DNA of 64,000 nt from Squalus acanthias (taxonomy: Eukaryota), in contig CM059432.1 in NCBI GenBank assembly GCA_030390025.1, positions 151,530,001 to 151,594,000 of the forward strand, given 5' to 3'. The notes beneath the pieces are model-generated. The model had not been told where the DNA came from. It worked only from the letters and a program-made list of their open reading frames with translations, and did no database searches. The position numbers and the translations under genes are program-made. Below are positions 60,782 through 64,000 of this stretch, one piece after another (the first letter of the stretch is position 1; every line of letters begins with the position of its first letter).

Positions 60782-61534
60782 GGGCCGTAATTTACGGCCC
60801 CTACGAGTGCAAACGAGGTGCATATGCGCCCGTTAGGGACGCACAAGTTCCGGGTTTAGGTATGCGAAGTGCATGTGCTAAAACCCGGAACTTGCGATCT
60901 GTCAAGAATCCTCTTGACAGATCCTCCGCATCCACGGGAAAAGGGCACCCATGGGTGGAGAGTTGGGCTAACTTCTGCCCAGCGAATGCCCGTGAAATTC
61001 TTACGCCTGGTAAAAGCAGACGTAAGGCCTGCTTTTACTAGCGTAACGGTTTTAAAAAACAGAAAAATAAAATTTTATCAATAATTTATACATTTAAAAA
61101 CTTGTTAAATAAGCTAAGTTTATATTTAGCCCCTTTAAAACATGTAATTTTTTTCCAAAAACTAAATTTATTGTTTTAAATATTTAATTAAATGCAGTTT
61201 TAATTAATTTTAAATGTGATTTTTTTTAAATTTTATGTCTAGGTGCATTTTTTGGGGTATTCCCATTCATGCTCGTGGGGTTTCTGTACATACAGAATCC
61301 CCATAAGTGTGAATGGGGATTCCCTTCTGTCATGCTTTGGGCAAGCCCATGTGATCCCAGGGGCACTTGCAAACCGCCTGCGCTCCTGGGATACATGGGC
61401 CTCTGCCTGCGGGTACCCGGAGAGGCCCAGGACCTCGTGTGTCCGTACCACCCAGACTACCGGGTAGGCGCGGATTTTATTTGCGGATCGGATACATTTC
61501 CCCATGGGAAGCCTCCAGCTGCAAATTCAGGGCC
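60782..61534. mobile_element. Non-autonomous PIF/Harbinger-type element related in architecture to 14564-15328
   Basis: Imperfect TIRs GGGCCGTAATTT / AAATTCAGGGCC, 3-bp duplication ACT (60779-60781, 61535-61537), internal hairpins, AT-rich centre. Confidence 0.75.
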
Positions 61535-62433
61535 ACTATAAATGTTTACATTGGAAGAAAAGTGACTTAAAGGTTATATTGAGATATTTAAGATCTTCCA
61601 AGGGAACAGAAGTGGAACCCAGAATGATCAATATGATGGGAAAAGGTGAATACACGGTTGAGAGATAATTTCTTCATGCGCAGAGGGATAGAATTGTGGA
61701 GTAGCCTATTCAGAGAGGTTGGGGAAATAAGAGCGTGTTACAAATTTTAAGAGGGTGCAGAATAAATATTGACAAAGATATTCAGAGTATGAGAATTGAA
61801 ATGGGGAGCAAGCCTGTGACTTTTGGGATCCAGCCCTATGGAGGGCGATCGTACTTTGAGGTCATGAATTGTCTTATGTTCTTAAGGAAAGGACATATAG
61901 GGGAGAGGGGGGCGGTGGGGATTAGTTTGTGTTTGGTGATGTATTGTGGGTAACCATGGTCTCTTGGAGCTTAGTTGATTACCTTCGGATGCCAAGGAGC
62001 ATAAACACTGACTTAGACCAGAAATGGCCGAATGGCCTGTTTCTGTACTGTAAATTCCATGTAATCTGATTTGAGAAGTTCCTGGATTACTTGGTTATCA
62101 AAATTCATTTTCTCCTTCTCCCTCCGCCACTGCCATCATAACACTTATTTCTTTTGAGATGCCAGTTTCTACTCCTTTCATCCCCACCTGACACGTTAAA
62201 TACGACTTTTTGACCTAATGCTCATTGACAGGGTCAACCTCTGACCATTCCTCAGACATCATTTACTATTCTTTGCCCCCCGACCCCCAAATCTACTATC
62301 ATCACCTCTCCCTTTATAAATAGCTTATCCACAATTCCTCTGACCACTGCTACAACTCTCCTTTCCACTTCCTCTCAAAGTGTTGTGTACATCATCACCA
62401 ACTCTGTGCCCACCTTTTCCATTGCTCCCTGTT

Positions 62434-64000
62434 CAACAACAACTTGTATTTATATTGCACCTTTAACGTAGTAAAGCGTCCCAGGGCGCTTCACAAGAGG
62501 ATTATAAGACATAAAAAAATTGACACCGAGCCACATAAGGAGAAAATCGGGCAGGTGACCAAAAGTTTGGTCAAAGAGCTAAGTTTTAAGGAGCGTCTTA
62601 AAGGAGGAAAAAGAGGTGGAGAGGTTTAGGGAGGGAATTCCAGAGCATAGGGCCGAGGCAACAGAAGGCATAGCCACCAATGGTTGAGCGATTTATAATT
62701 AGGGATGCTGAAGAGGGCAGAATTAGAGGAGCGCAGATATCTCGGGGGTGGCGGGGGGAGGTTGTCGGGCTGGAGAAGATTACAGAGGTAGGGTGGGGCG
62801 AGGCCATGGAGGGATTTGAAAATGAGGATGAGAATTTTGAAATCAAGTCGTTGCTTAACCGGGAGCCAATGTAGGTCAGCAAGCACAGTGATGATGGGTG
62901 AATGGGACTTGGTGCGAGTTAGGACATGGGCAGGCGAGTTTTGGATGACTTCAAGATGGATGTTGTTAGGGAGGTGGAAATGGGCGGTCTTAATTATGCC
63001 GCGCATATGTGGTTGGAAGCTCATTTCAGGGTCAAATATGACACCAAGGTTGCGAACATTGTGGTTCAGCCTCAGACAGATGTGAGGGAGGGATGGAGTC
63101 AGTGGCTAGGGAACAGAGTTTGTGGCTGGGACCGAAAACAATGGCTTCGGTCTTCCCAATATTTGGAGAAAATTTCTGCTCATCCAGAACTGGATGTCGG
63201 ACAAGCAGTCTGACAATTTAGAGACTGTGGAGGGGTCGAGAAAAGTGGTGGTGAGGTCGAGCTGGGAGTCGTCTGCGTACATGTGAAAACTGCCGATGTG
63301 TTTTCGGATGATGTCGCCAAAGGGCAGCATGTAGATGAGAAATAGGAGGGGGCCGTGGATAGATCCTTCGGGGACTCCAGAGGTAACGATGTGGGAGTGG
63401 GAAGAGAAGCCATTGCAGGTGATTCCCTGGCTACGATTAGATAGATAAGAATGGAACCAGGCGAGTGTAGTCCCACCCAACTGGACGACAGTGGAGAGGC
63501 GTTGGAGAAGGATGGAGTGGTCAAACATGTCAAAGGCTACAGACAAGTCAAGAAGGATGAGGAGATAGTTGATCTTTGTCACAGTCACAAAGGATGTCAT
63601 TTGTGACAATGCCCGCTAACATGGGAGCCAGAAAAGGAAGTTTGGTGGGAATAGAGTTGAGGGAACAGGAAGTGGGTCTCGTGGAAACGATGAGCACGGA
63701 GAGGTCATGAGGGGAGATCGGAGAGAAACTGGAGAAAGATGCGAGTTCAGGGCTAGGGCAGGGGGGAACCTTAGAGGAAGTTTGGCCCGGTGGGCTAGGC
63801 GAAGGAAGGGAAGTGGCAGAGGCAGCTGAACTGATGGTCTCAATCATAGAGACAGAAGTCCATGAGCTCCTCACACCTGTTGTCGGAGATGAGGGTGGAG
63901 GAGACAGAGGAGAGGGGTTTAACAAGGCGGTTAGCAGTCGAGAATAGAAGCCGGGGTTTATCTTATAGTGAGCAATTTTGGCAGATGAGAGCAGGACCCG
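62434..64000 (-). mobile_element. Degenerate L2-clade LINE
   Basis: LDLSVAFD...DHSILL, GVPEGS, YADDSQL and LHWLPV motifs; (GTT)n 3' tail. Confidence 0.92.

Noticed and set aside
39421..60846. Recurrent short ORFs with KCWxYSAGQAASVERETEL
   Set aside because: Antisense translation of the non-coding Penelope tail
51126..64000. CLASP2 downstream coding exons
   Set aside because: No convincing TOG1 continuation seen by eye; a short exon could have been missed

Overview
Repeat-rich vertebrate genomic DNA, very probably cartilaginous fish, judging by the CR1/L2/Penelope/V-SINE/Deu-SINE repertoire. It contains the first coding exons of two divergent genes, PDCD6IP/ALIX (minus, 3684-3892) and CLASP2 (plus, 50925-51125), each in a CpG island. 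The ~47 kb between them and the flanking first introns consist mostly of transposable elements, plus two large minisatellites: a 3.4-kb G-rich 39-bp array in the PDCD6IP promoter and a 17-bp array in CLASP2 intron 1. The most striking signals are: (1) three divergent CR1 LINEs all end ORF1 with the slippery heptamer T_TTA_AAC plus TAA, and the copy with an intact ORF2 has it in the -1 frame with no ATG before the endonuclease, suggesting programmed -1 frameshifting; (2) two families of minimal hammerhead-ribozyme motifs in Penelope-like tails, some in fold-back insertions; (3) Harbinger-type non-autonomous elements with sequence-divergent but fully paired subterminal hairpins; (4) a complete hAT transposon disrupted by a nested TA-targeting MITE. 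All calls were made by eye without database searches, and boundaries of old repeats are approximate.
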